Under the pieces are notes generated by a model. It had not been told where the DNA came from and searched no databases. It worked only from the letters and a program-made list of their open reading frames with translations. Positions 14,267 through 26,162 of a DNA stretch of 64,000 nucleotides are shown here, piece after piece. Source of the DNA: Daphnia carinata (taxonomy: Eukaryota); contig NC_081332.1 in NCBI RefSeq assembly GCF_022539665.2, forward strand, positions 2,480,001 to 2,544,000, written 5' to 3'. Within the stretch, counting starts at the first letter, position 1. Each line of letters opens with the position of its first letter. Position numbers and translations under genes: made by a program.

Positions 14267-14298
14267 CTGCTTGTTCACTCACTGGCGATGCAAAACAG
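14267..14298 (-). promoter_or_regulatory. Variant IRE upstream of the ferritin pseudogene
   Basis: CTGTTTTG-C-ATCGC-CAGTGA-GTGAA-CAAGCAG; 30 of 32 nt identical to the IRE at 12371; A-A mismatch at the base of the upper stem. Confidence 0.8.
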
Positions 14299-14845
14299 AA
14301 TGGATTATCATTAAATACTCGGCTGCTTTAATAGGGATCTCCGGAGTGACGTTCTAACGGAAGTCATTGATACCTGTGGCGCGGAAACATACGAAATAAA
14401 CTAACAATGGTTTTCATTTAGTTCACATCACTGGGCTGTGGCTAATAACCGTCACGTTGTACAGCACGCCCTTACCGTGCACAATCGACATCAGAATGAA
14501 TAAGGTTATTTAAACTATGCCGCGTTTGATCTCCCGTTCAGCTTTCGAATCCCTTTTGATTTATCATACTTCTTTAATCTATGCAAACAATTGCGAAATT
14601 TGACATGATGTGAGTTGAAACTTAATGTTTTATTGTTGTCTAGATTCACCTTGTTCTAGACTCTTAACACGTCACTTGATACTCGATCGCGCAAATTCAG
14701 AACAATCATTTTCTAAACAAAACGGATTTTTGTTGCGACGCCATAGAATTTAGTAGTTTCGCTGATAACAGAAGAAGCAAGACGAAATTGCATAAATTAT
14801 GTGCGTTACAGTACACCAACCAGCCAATCGGATGCTATTACTTGT

Positions 14846-15480
14846 TCAAGATAGAAGATCCTTATCGTAAAGAAACACTCCTAGGCCTTCGCCAACACGT
14901 TGTATCTTGGTATGGTGATTTGCTAACTGGTTGATAGTTTCTACCCGCTTGACTAAGAAATGTTTCTTGAGAAAATCACTCAGGTGATGGTCGTTACGGT
15001 CAACAGCTATTTTGTTCAAATCTAAAACGGACTACAGAAACAAGGGTGTAGTCCAAAGTCAGCATGAAAAATGCGTTAATTAAAAAAAAATTAATTTACC
15101 TGATTGACTTTCATTTCCATAGTGAGAGCACATTCCATAGCGGATAGCGGCGATATCCATTCTTGATCAGGAGGACGACTGATGTCACTGAAAACCACAC
15201 GGCCCCCACGAAGGTGCTGATAGTTGACAAGCTTTTGAATGTATTCCAACTTCTCTTGTCTCAATTTTTTGAAAAAATTGCTAAATCCTTTCAGGGCTAC
15301 ATCATCCCGATCGTAAAATGCGATCTGGTGCAAACGAAATGAAGAAGAGCTTGAAATGTACCTTAAATTTTACGTTACCATTGCCAAATATGTGTAATTA
15401 GTATTCATCTCAATGTTAATTTGTTGATTGACGAGGGCTTCACAATCTTTGTGATAGTTCTGACGGCATTTTGTCGCCAT
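14846..15480 (-). CDS. Divergent ferritin, 3 exons, ferroxidase ligands substituted (L-like)
   Basis: [66 protein letters not shown]...MEMKVNQ|SVLDLNK...FLVKRVETI...LYDKDLLS*; same intron positions as copy 1; ORF intact. Confidence 0.92.
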
Positions 15481-16137
15481 TTTTTACGCACAAGAATTCA
15501 CACCACTCAAAATATAACAAATAGTAACATTTTACTGCGTACGCGATTTCTACGTACAAAATAAAAACGTCCAAAAAACGATGTCAACACCAATGGGACT
15601 TCTGATTTGAAATTCTAAGGAAAGTCCTAAATGCACAATTGCCAAATGAGCGTGTCTTAGGATTAATGGAGAATAAAAATACAACAATTAATTTTAAACA
15701 AATAATTTGGAAAATAAAATCTTATTTGGGATTCAACTTTAGGCTATAATGAAACAAAATAAACCCAGTTTGTCATTTACTTTGGTACCAAAGATATATT
15801 TGAACTTGAACTTGATCATCGCTTTTGAGCCTTGCTGTGACGACAAAATTTACGTTCGAAGTTTTTGCGAATGAATGGAACCATCCTGTGATCTATATGC
15901 AGAATAAAAACAGTGTCAAATATTTACGCTGTGATCACTCCCGATCAGTGAAACATAACTTAGCGGCCGAAGACAGCGTGCAAACGAAGGCTAAAAATTC
16001 GTCTAAAATAAATTCTATAGAAGTTTGTTTACCACTGACGACTAGCTAACTACGTATAGAAGAAAGGTTCAGAGGTTTAGTAAAGTATCATACGGAGATT
16101 TTTGGAAAAGAAAAAGTTTTTCAAATCGATTCTATAT

Positions 16138-16211
16138 CGCCCCTGGGTGGGATCGAACCACCAGCCTTCCGGTTAACAGCCGAACGCGCTAGCCAATTGC
16201 GCCACAAAGGC
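16138..16211 (-). tRNA. tRNA-Asn (GTT)
   Basis: GCCTTTGTGGCGCAATTGGCTAGCGCGTTCGGCTGTTAACCGGAAGGCTGGTGGTTCGATCCCACCCAGGGGCG; cloverleaf with A and B boxes; two G-U pairs in the acceptor stem. Confidence 0.9.
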
Positions 16212-17084
16212 GTAAACAATCGAAAAGGAAAAGTTTATTTATCGCCTGTAAACGACAAATTCGCAAAAACAAATCGAATGTCCATTCAGAAAAAAAAACT
16301 ATATAAAATTCATTGTTGGAAACATTGTGTGTAAAAGTTTGTGTTTCACACGATCCACCTCCTGGACACGTGTGCTACGGTGCACGGGCTAGATAAGAAA
16401 GTTTCAACCCGTTCCCCAATCTATGAATCTTTACCGTATTTCCTTCGTTCCTAATTCGTTATCATCTTCTGGAACCCTTGCGGCAGATAAAGGATCTTGT
16501 CAAGCAGACAGTCTACCGCAAGGGGTACACCAATAGTGCATGGGAAAACCTATCGTGATTGGATATAGGAGGTTAGATGTGAGGGTACAAGTGTAGATCC
16601 TGATGCTTTCCTTCATTGGCCGAATTGCTGATGGAAGACTGCAACCTTGGCTGCCAGTATCAGGGAAACAACGCTATTCTTCTACCGGCGACTTTTACGG
16701 CAAAACTAGATGCCATTGATTTCACTATTTGGCCAACGCGATTTGTCAATCCCGTCTTCAAACTATCTGAAACCGATGAGCATCTAGTCACAAACTGTCC
16801 ACTTTGAAACAACGTAGGTAACTCGTTGGAGGGAGCTGTACACGTGGTCACGGCTACAAAACATCTCCAGAGAACTTAATCCGCCCATCAAAATCAAATC
16901 GCATGGAAATTATTTGACTGAACGAGATTTTGATTTTGCTCCAAAAAAGTGAGCTAGATCGGAACAATTCTTCTAGGAATCTATACCAAAAATCAAAGTG
17001 TTCGTTTCTCCATTTATAGAGTAACTTTGCCAATGCAACTACTTGGTTCTGAGCCTGTTGAATAATGCACAACAATGTATTGTA

Positions 17085-17157
17085 GCCCGGTTAGCTCAGC
17101 TGGTAGATCGCGGGACTTTTAATCCTGAGGTCGAGGGTTCAAGTCCCTCATCGGGCG
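17085..17157 (+). tRNA. tRNA-Lys (TTT)
   Basis: GCCCGGTTAGCTCAGCTGGTAGATCGCGGGACTTTTAATCCTGAGGTCGAGGGTTCAAGTCCCTCATCGGGCG; one D-stem mismatch (GATC instead of GAGC); T-run downstream. Confidence 0.85.
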
Positions 17158-17275
17158 TTAGTTTCGTTTTCTTATGGTGTTTGTTGTATTTAGGCAATTT
17201 AAATCAAGCATTTTCCTGTCTAAACTATTCGCAACCACCTTACAATGGTACAAATACATTCTGTTAACAACAACG

Positions 17276-17357
17276 GACGAGGTGACCGCGCGGTTAAGGT
17301 GATGGACTGTTAATCCATTGTGCTTTGCATGCGTGGGTTCGAATCCCATCTTCGTCG
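17276..17357 (+). tRNA. tRNA-Ser(GCT)-type body with GTT (Asn) anticodon; possibly a pseudogene
   Basis: 82 nt, long variable arm, GACGAGG acceptor, G discriminator, ATGGA-CT-GTT-AA-TCCAT anticodon arm; body resembles metazoan tRNA-Ser(GCT). Confidence 0.82.
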
Positions 17358-17881
17358 TAATCTTACTTTACCTGTTGGAGGCGTTTCATTTTAATCAGAA
17401 ACTATCGTTGGTATTTTCTTAAGGCCCACTACACAGTAGTCTACATAGCTCAAGCTACAACGCAGTGACCAAATGGCTGATGGTATCTGGTCGCGTCTCA
17501 TGACTTTGGTTTGAAAAAAAGGATAGAAAGTCCTTAGAGGTTAGTGGGTACCGTTCTGCTACCAAGGGAGGACTGGGAGTGAGCCATACTGCTATATTTA
17601 GTATTGTACTTTAGTTTGATCAGAAACAAGCTGTCTATTTCGAAACAACGTTTGTGGAGGGAAAAAGCAATGGGGGAGCTTCCTGTATGAGTTAAATAAC
17701 CAGGGTCTTATGTCTCTGGTATACGGTCTAGTCTGTTGTGGCCTATATTATCGGTTATTACAGAAAAGTATGGATGCAATAATATAAAAAGCGAGAATAC
17801 GCGCACCGCCTACGCAAAGATTTGATTAAATCTTGCGTTCATATGTATAGTAAAATACCAGTTCATGTGTAAGCATTATTT

Positions 17882-20512
17882 TAGCGCCTTTCAGGCTTTT
17901 GATCTAATACGCGACGAGGACTACGTCGTTGACCAAGATTGAACAGACAGAGTCCGGATCTCAATCCGCAAGTGATTATAATCGATCCCGACACGGGAAC
18001 GGATCAAACTTTGTCGCAATGGGACGGAGCCTTGCATCAGGTTCTTCAGCTTAAGGAAGGGTGTAAATTGACGCTGAAAAGTCTCAATGCTGTTTACATC
18101 TCAAATGCCGTATATTTGTTAAAATACGATGGGCTATTGGGTGTGTCGGGGAAGCTGGGGTCCGAACAAGAACACTTTTTTCTACAGGATACTTTAAGTG
18201 TCATTTATGCCCCATTCCTAGGGCTTTCCCTAAGCTATTTCAGAAAAAAGATCCCCAAATCCTTTCAACAGAAGAAGAATGGCTAAATGCCATTGTCGTG
18301 GAGACCAAGACTATTATCGAGACAGGACGTTCGATCATCATTTTTTGCAAGTCCGTCAAAGTTGCCAATGTCGTCCATCAACGCATAAAGAGTTCCAGTC
18401 CTGGGCTTAGTGTAAATTATCGTCTCCATTGCTACACACGCGATTACGAGAAATTCGCATTTGAAAGTAAGATTAAAAATCCATTTTTTAGTATTTTTGT
18501 GAGCTGAACATTGGGCATGTTATCGTCGCTACCAACTTGGCTGACGAGGAAAGGATATGAAAATCAGCGAACAATTGCGCAAAAATGGAGGACTGCATGT
18601 GTGCCTAACTTTTTTTCCTGACAATGAACGGATCGAGGAACAAGTGATGGGTCGGGCGGCTCGCAATGGGGCACCCGGAAGTGAAATCCTCATTGTATGC
18701 AAATTAATTTCACACGAACGGAATACGCATGATAAAAACGACACCCAGGATTGGGCAAAAATTTCCGCCATGGAGAAAACACGCAATGTTCAAGGGAAAC
18801 AGCGCATTGATCGGTTGGAAATTTTTTTTGAAGAAACAAGAGATCAAGTGAAATTATTTGATATTTTCTCAAAATATTATACTACCCTAAAAATACAACT
18901 TTGGGGGAAAAAAAATACAGTGATCAGGAAGTACGTGCCATCTGTGGAAGTGTATTGGATCAATGGGCTTCGTGGCTGAACGAAATGGATGATTCCCCAT
19001 TCGACCTGAAAAAGTATTCATACTCAACGAAGTTCATTCCAAAATTCAAAATTCCCGAGTACAACTTTCCTGATAACAGTCAAATTGACTGGATGACACC
19101 AGCTCGTTTAGTTGTCGTTGCCAAACATTTGTCCACGAGTAATAAGAAATCGAAGCTTTCGACGGCAACCAATATTTTGGAACAACTCTTCCAATCAAAA
19201 GACAACCAATTATATGCTGCTGCTTACTACTACCGCGCATTCATTTTTCTGAAGGAAGATTTTAAAACAAACAAAAATGAATTTATCAAAATACTGCATA
19301 CTTGCGAAAATGTATTAAGTGAGCAAATCAATATGGAAATATCGAATTTTTCGATCGTCCGGTCGACAGAAAGGAAAACTGATCAGCCTTATTCCTTTTG
19401 TGCTGTTGATGGCTATACGCAGCAAAAAGATAACATCGTTAATCTGTTTCAATATTTCCTTGGCTCAGTTCGGTCCTTGTTGGGCACTGATTGCTCCATC
19501 GAAGATTTTGAAGTAGCAGGACGTCTGACCCAAAGAGTTAAGAATTTTTCAGAAAAAAAATCTCGATAACTTTGAAAGGTGGATCGAACAGAAAATTCAT
19601 CGAAGCTCGAAAGTTTTCCAGAAAGAAGACGATGAAAATAAGGAGCCAAAGAATGCTACTATTCCGAACGAAACGGTAGTGGAATATTTCAATCTATTAT
19701 TGGAGGGCGAGTCCAAGTGCATTGGCCACCAGCTGAACAACGCCAGCGCCATACCGAGATGGAACTCTTCCGTCGAACAAATTGCAAAATCCAATTGGAA
19801 AACGGCCATTTCTCGGATAGCAAACGCTCACGGTGTCTGCGCGTCGGCCTTAGAAAAAGCTATCAAACAGGCAGCGAAAAAGGAACTAAGCAAAGAGGAA
19901 GAGCAAAAAGAATTTGAAAACCAATTGAAAAGGAAGTTTGAAGAAGACAATTTGATTCCCTGTACGAGGGAATCGTTGTGGGCGGAACTGATCAAAAGCG
20001 GAGCATTGTTCGATAACGAAAATTTCGTCGTCGTTGAAGACCGCATCGTCGGCAGATTCAATCTAGATCGCGAAGAGGCCAAAGAATTAGACTTTATAGA
20101 CAAGGGTTACATCCTGTACGATCCTATTGATTGCAATAAAATTGGAGAAGAAAAGAGAATCATTTTTTCGCAAGATTACGTCGAAGATAAACTTTATGGC
20201 AGTCGAGATTACAATCGTAGCGGAGATAAATTTACATTCAACAAGATGGCAAAAATTGATGTCGTGAAACTCAAATCAGTCAACTTGAAGCTGTTTGGAC
20301 AGTTTAAAGACGACGATTTAAGTAAGGCCAATATTAGCCAAGCGGAACGTAAAGGAATTATGGACGAACTGAAAAATCAAAATATCATCGACGACGCTGG
20401 CAATCTTTCATCCGATTACGATGGTCAAAGTTTCAAATATCTAAACTGTCCTGCGTACGAAGACACTGTGATGCGTCTAGTGGGGACCAAGTTGCGTGCC
20501 GAAATATATTAG
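17882..20512 (+). pseudogene. 5'- and 3'-truncated, frameshifted paralog of the SecA-like gene at 30905-38007
   Basis: NPQVIIIDPDTGTDQTLSQWDGALHQ, YTRDYEKFAFES, GGLHVCLTFFPDNERIEEQVMGRAAR, LDQWASWL, WMTPAR collinear with the intact copy but split across several frames; CGA>TGA near 17940. Confidence 0.9.
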
Positions 20513-20551
20513 CTGATAAAATATATTAATTCTGTTGCTTCGGCTCAAGAT

Positions 20552-21196
20552 ATGGTGCCCAATCCGGCTGCGTATTTCGTCCCGACATCTGATCTGCTGG
20601 CCATGCCCTACCCGTCCAAAATCGACCAGGAAGCTGACCAGAAAGCGGCGATGAAACACTTGGAAATGCTGAAAGGCTTGCACGATGAACTGGAGAAAAC
20701 TGAAGAGAAATTCTTAAAGCCCAGCATGTCGTTCGGTGGCAACGCCGTAACACTCCCCACGAACGCGTTCATGTCACTTTTGCATAAGCTCTCCAAAACA
20801 GTAACAAAAACTGTTGTTACTACGCAATTTACGACCGTGTTTGTTAGTGTTAGCCCCAGCAAGAACACGACTGAAGCAACTGCTTCTGTCACTGCCCTTC
20901 CTAGCAGTACCGACATTATAGCGACCAGTACTCCGACTGTGACCGTGGAAACAACGTCTACTGTTATCGAAACAATTTCGACGACTGTTGAATCAACTCC
21001 GTCAGTGATTGAAACGACAACCGCCGCAACAACCAGCGCAGTTGTCGAACCATCAGCCACAGCTTCTTTGACAGTGACAAAGTTCCTAATTTTGAGGAGT
21101 CTCTTCTCAATGCGCCAAGTATACGTTTCGCTAAAAACTGTCGAGTCCTTTGCGACCATCCAATACAATGCGTTCAAAAACTTATTTATTCATTAA
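20552..21196 (+). CDS. Thr/Ser-rich mucin-like ORF, probably 5'-truncated
   Basis: 214-aa ORF with long T/S/V-rich tract; in-frame upstream SVASAQD resembles a signal-peptide end lacking its Met. Confidence 0.45.
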   Translation: MVPNPAAYFVPTSDLLAMPYPSKIDQEADQKAAMKHLEMLKGLHDELEKTEEKFLKPSMSFGGNAVTLPTNAFMSLLHKLSKTVTKTVVTTQFTTVFVSVSPSKNTTEATASVTALPSSTDIIATSTPTVTVETTSTVIETISTTVESTPSVIETTTAATTSAVVEPSATASLTVTKFLILRSLFSMRQVYVSLKTVESFATIQYNAFKNLFIH

Positions 21197-23474
21197 GTCA
21201 ACTCTGTCTTTGAATTTCCCAACGCGCTGACAACTTTACACACACCAATAAGAATATATTAATCCTCTCTGACGAAAACAAGTTAAAATATAAAAGACTA
21301 TTTATTACTGACGCGGCCGGAAACTACGCTCTATGCCATGCCCGTGTACCTTTTTGGCCGAGCTGACGAAAAAGTCAGGACATTGCATTCGAACGGATTC
21401 GAATGCAATGAGCACTAATTACGGTCACAGTATTGGAGGAATGACCGTGTGCTTGGTTCGTGATTTGGAGTCACAAGTGATAGGATGGTGTCTATCACTC
21501 GAACCACTGCACCAACCTGACTTTTTTTCTTACATCTAACTTATATCTAACTTACATCTACAAACATAATGTGTTTCATCAAGTCCCTTATACTGTTCAA
21601 CCATCGCTGACAAAAGGCTGCTGCTCGTTATGGCGTCTATTGAGCTTAAATGTTAAATTTCGCCAACACGGTGAAATATTTGACGATTATAAAAAATGAA
21701 CTCTATTCACGACTTGTTGTTTTATTATTATACAAATCTCATTTATGTTAGAAAAATTTTAGTACGCAAAAAATGCTACAATAGAAATTGAAACGGGTGC
21801 AATTACGGATCGTGAACGAAACAGGTATACCTATCCCGCCATAAGACCTTGAAGCTTCTCTTCGGTTGCCACTAGGTGGCACTTGAGTAGTATGTTTCTG
21901 TGATATCTGTTGAATGTTTGCTTTTGCTTTTTTTTTAATTTTATCACTTTAAAATTGTTTTTCGCTCTTCTGCAAAATTTATTTTAATTCAAATGCACTT
22001 CTAAATAATATGAGGGATCCGGTACTCGTCTTAGGTGTACACTAGTGCACGAGAGAATTGGGTATTTTTCTTAGGTACTGTAAGAATAAGAAAAACATCT
22101 GCGGAACGAGTTCTTGCATTAGTGCAATCAATGGGCATGCTGCAATGATCACAACCATAATTAATAACCGTACCCTTGAATTGAATGATGGCAAAGCGAT
22201 GTCTCATCATCAACTATAGCAAACGTGCGTATATTTATCTACAAGGGTTACATAACCGAACTGAGCGGCAAGGTCAGTTCTTTTGCACATCATGTGTCCA
22301 TCGTTGCCGAACACTCTGGCGGGTCATTACAAGCATTTTCACGCAGGGACATTCTGACACTTGTCAACGAAAAAAGTGTGCAAATAATTTTCAACAATCT
22401 TTGATACGATGTTTGGGCTGATTGCGGGTTTATTACGTAGATACAGATATCAGCTGATGAAATATGCATCCTATTTGGGTACGACAGTATAAACTGCCGA
22501 TAGCCAAAGCTTAAGACCTGCTGTCCGACTCCACATGGACGCCTTTCACCAAAGGCGAGTACGAGACAAACATGGCGAAACGGACGAGTACAAGATTGTC
22601 ACCGCGTTATTTAAGCTTAAAAATATGCCAATGAAAACTAGTGAAGAAGCTGACGACCTAGTCCACTAGGCAAGGGCGACTTTACACTTTATTTTACTAC
22701 AAAATTTGGTGTGCAGTTTAGTCGGTGAATTTGTAAATGAATAAATTATTATTCACGGATCGCAACTTCGCTTGAGAGACGTACACTTTACCGCCGTATT
22801 AAATCGTCGTTTGCGATGTGTAAAAAAAAAGTCTTGCCAGTCGGAGCCGTAATAGTTGTCGAAGTGGATTACGTAACAAATGTTTTCTTTTTGTGAATTG
22901 TTGCAATATTTTTCAATTTTGTTTACAAACGACATCTGATGTTGTGTTCATGGATAAAGCATTTTGAAAAAGATTTGTTTTACGACCAATTGGCTCCCGA
23001 CATGACTATAATAATGTTTCTCTGGAAATGACAAAATAAATAAATTAAGCTAACAAGATGCAGCAAATAATTTTTTTTAAAGAATTTTTGATTTCCTTTA
23101 GAGTTTCTTTTATGTGACCTCGTAGTCCAGTGTTGTGGCAATAACGATCGATAGCTTTAAGAAACAAGTTTCAGTTGCAGGTCTTTTTTAATGATAGTCA
23201 AAAGTGGCTCGTAAAATACTTGAAATGCATCGAAACTGTAACTAAACAAATATCTCTATACTATTTGGTGTGTGACCTCATTGGAGAGAGGATTGCCAAT
23301 CGCAAGTGTTTGGACGATGCCAGCATATATTGCAAGAGACAATTGGGTATGTGTAACGATTGCGTAGAGTAATGTCATGCAACTGTCGATGGTATAAAAG
23401 CAAGCACAAGTTCTAAGAAACTCAAACCCATCGTCGACCTTTGCAGCAGACACAGGTCTCTACCAGTTATCAAC

Positions 23475-24249
23475 ATGCAGGTAAAGCAATTCGTAAAAAT
23501 TTTATTATTTCTTGCTGCTGCGACGTCGCCTCGGGTTCCAGTTATTGCTATTTTTTAATTTAAATTTTGTTAAATAGAAAAATTTCATTACCTTGATGTT
23601 GCTGGTGGCAGCCGTTACTTCAGCCACCCTGGAGCAGGCCAACGTCGAGCGCTTTGTTGACTGGCTTCCACTAGAATCTCCAACCAATTACCGTATCGAT
23701 TCTCGTGTGCGAAGACAAGTTCCTTCTATCGATGCGAAACAGGAGGCATCAGCTTCAAACAATGTGCCAATTATTGACGGATCTACTCTTCTAACGGAAT
23801 TGGCATCCGTTCAGGTATTCAGGTTCAATATTTAGCAATAGCAACTTGATAAAATCAATTTGTTTATTAAGAGTCCTACCACTGGCGTCAGCCAGGCAAC
23901 ATCAGCCATTAGCCTGCCCATAGACACTTCGGCAATTTCTCTCAACAGCTGCATTTTCATTAAATTGAAACTTGTCATCATCATCAATATTTTGGATCCC
24001 GTTTCCTGCAGCAAAATTTGCGTTCGTAATTCCCATTGTACCCATTTCACTCACGAACCTCTTAAGAGCGGAGGCACCTGCACACTGCATAAAGCTCCCG
24101 GTTTGGGTAATGAGTGGTCGACTCCCGCACCCCGAAGTTCCGGCGCCACTTGTGGTCACGTCCCCAAGAACAAGTGTGTTTCTAGCGACGGATCACTTCT
24201 GAACTTATGCCTCAATCTTGGTTTGAGCATTAGCCTAGGTCTACTTTAA
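23475..24249 (+). CDS. Small secreted protein with PAN/apple-like Cys motif (3 exons: 23475-23480, 23578-23814, 23872-24249)
   Basis: MQ|KNFITLMLLVAAVTSA signal peptide, RVRR furin-like site, CSKICVRNSHCTHFTH...CTLH motif; frame-consistent GT-AG introns. Confidence 0.72.
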
Positions 24250-26162
24250 ATTGGAAAAATTTATTCGACACGTATTAGCTTATGAATGTCGAATGGCTGT
24301 GGGATTTTCACATGGGATTTCTTTAGCATTAGTTGGTTTTGGTTTTTTTCCGGGAACGATGTAGTAATACACCCATTATAACGACAGTATATTTCTATTT
24401 AGCACAGTTGATTTAAAACAATGTTTTACACGTGTGATAATTTTCACAGTCATTACCTATTATGACACGTATCGTCGGAGAAGGAATACGTTACTGGCTA
24501 TCCGAATTTGTCCTCGGATATCTTTCGGGAACGGCCACGTTTGGCGATGAAACTCAATGACCTATAATCTTTCGACTTATCATAAAGTGATGACTTCCAT
24601 TACGCCAAAAACGAAAAATAGCGCGTCTCCGAATTGCTATCTTTCGTTTTTAGGATGCGATTTTAAGGAAGTTTCTAACTGCAATTCGACAACGTATATA
24701 CTCGTGAATGTAACAAGCAGAAATCAATGCGCCCACACGTCAGTGTTTGTTCCTCTTTTATTTAATTGATATTTATTCATTGTTTCTCTGGTGTTTGTCT
24801 GTGTCGCAGTTGCCAACAAATGCCGCTTCAAATTATTATCAAATACACTGTTATAGAACGTGAAAATGGAAACGTAAATAAAATAGCATTGTCCTCTAAC
24901 TTGGACGGATATTGACGCAAATTTAAACAATGGTGCAATCCAAACCTTTTTACGAAATGCTTTCGATAGATTTTAAGTACGGGGGACCTTGACAAACTGT
25001 TGCCAATCATGCAAACGTCTTCATGCATGCTATACACGGCCACGTCCATAGATGTGCACTGTACAACTTATTTACACCACTCAAGCGCTAACGTAACGAT
25101 GTGGACATCAATTGTCCCTGTAGCAGGGATGAAGATTAATAGTTCGTGTCGTGGTAGTTTCGTAAACTAATGCGCGTGAATTTGGAGAGCAATACGTCTA
25201 AAAATTGTTCAATGTTAAAGTAGTAGAGTAGCCTACTACAAGTCACAGGAACAGAATTCCCTATTCCGCCACCTAATCGATTAAGTTATCAATAGGCTCT
25301 TTTAATCCTTTACCAGAGACTATCATTTCTAATTTCGACGATGTTTGTTGCACCTCTAATGCACTCTTACTTTGGAGTGACTTTATGCGTATTACGTTTA
25401 ACGGGTAGGCCTATTACCTTTGCCGTTCCTTGCATTTTGCGGTGAGGACGGTTTATGTCACTATTCCCTTTCTATGGGGCATACATCAATTTCATTTCTT
25501 TACCTGTGATTTCACTGTATTACGTAACAGCATATGGTCCGTAGCTACTCAGTCGAATTAGTTGCCAGGACCTGCTATACGAGCGTGCAACCTGATAAAG
25601 TGCGAATCGAGCCACTGAAAAAAATAAATAAATAAACAAATAATAAAAGAGATGGAAATGCGCGAATAAATTGAGTAAGAATAGTGTTGTCGATCTTCTG
25701 GGATATGATTTAAACGCTACGCAAGCTCAACGCTTAGCAAAACAGCGCTAAAGACATTTTATGAACGTCGAGTAGATATGGAGAACTCGATCCTAGATAA
25801 AAGAAACGAAATGCAGTTGTAAGCGTGAAAATCTGATCTCATTCTCTGTGTTAAAGTCCTTTATGCTAATGCTTATACTAACGTAGCCATGAAGAGAGAG
25901 AGATAAGGGAAAAATTGCGCCACTGTTGCCGGCTGTCGTAATTGAAATGTTATCCTGTCAGAGTTGGGTTAGGTGGACCGGGTGTACTATCCTTTTCATG
26001 GCCTACAAAAAATGGCCTACAAAAAAAATGGACATCAACTGATTAGTGTGAGGGTAACGTGGGCACAGACAGGAAGCTTTCGTTGAATATCCCTCGTTTA
26101 TATGGCTCTGCTGACAGAAAACTTGTTTTTCGATGTAGAGTGTTTCATGAATTTTAAACGTC

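Noticed and set aside
18467..18491. Newly gained mini-intron (GTAAG...TTTTAG) in the SecA-like pseudogene
   Set aside because: Only 25 nt, and removing it does not restore the frame; treated as a disruptive insertion
20608..21177. 189-aa antisense ORF (also 31342-31938 and other ORFs opposite long genes)
   Set aside because: Shadow frames of sense coding sequence with no independent motifs
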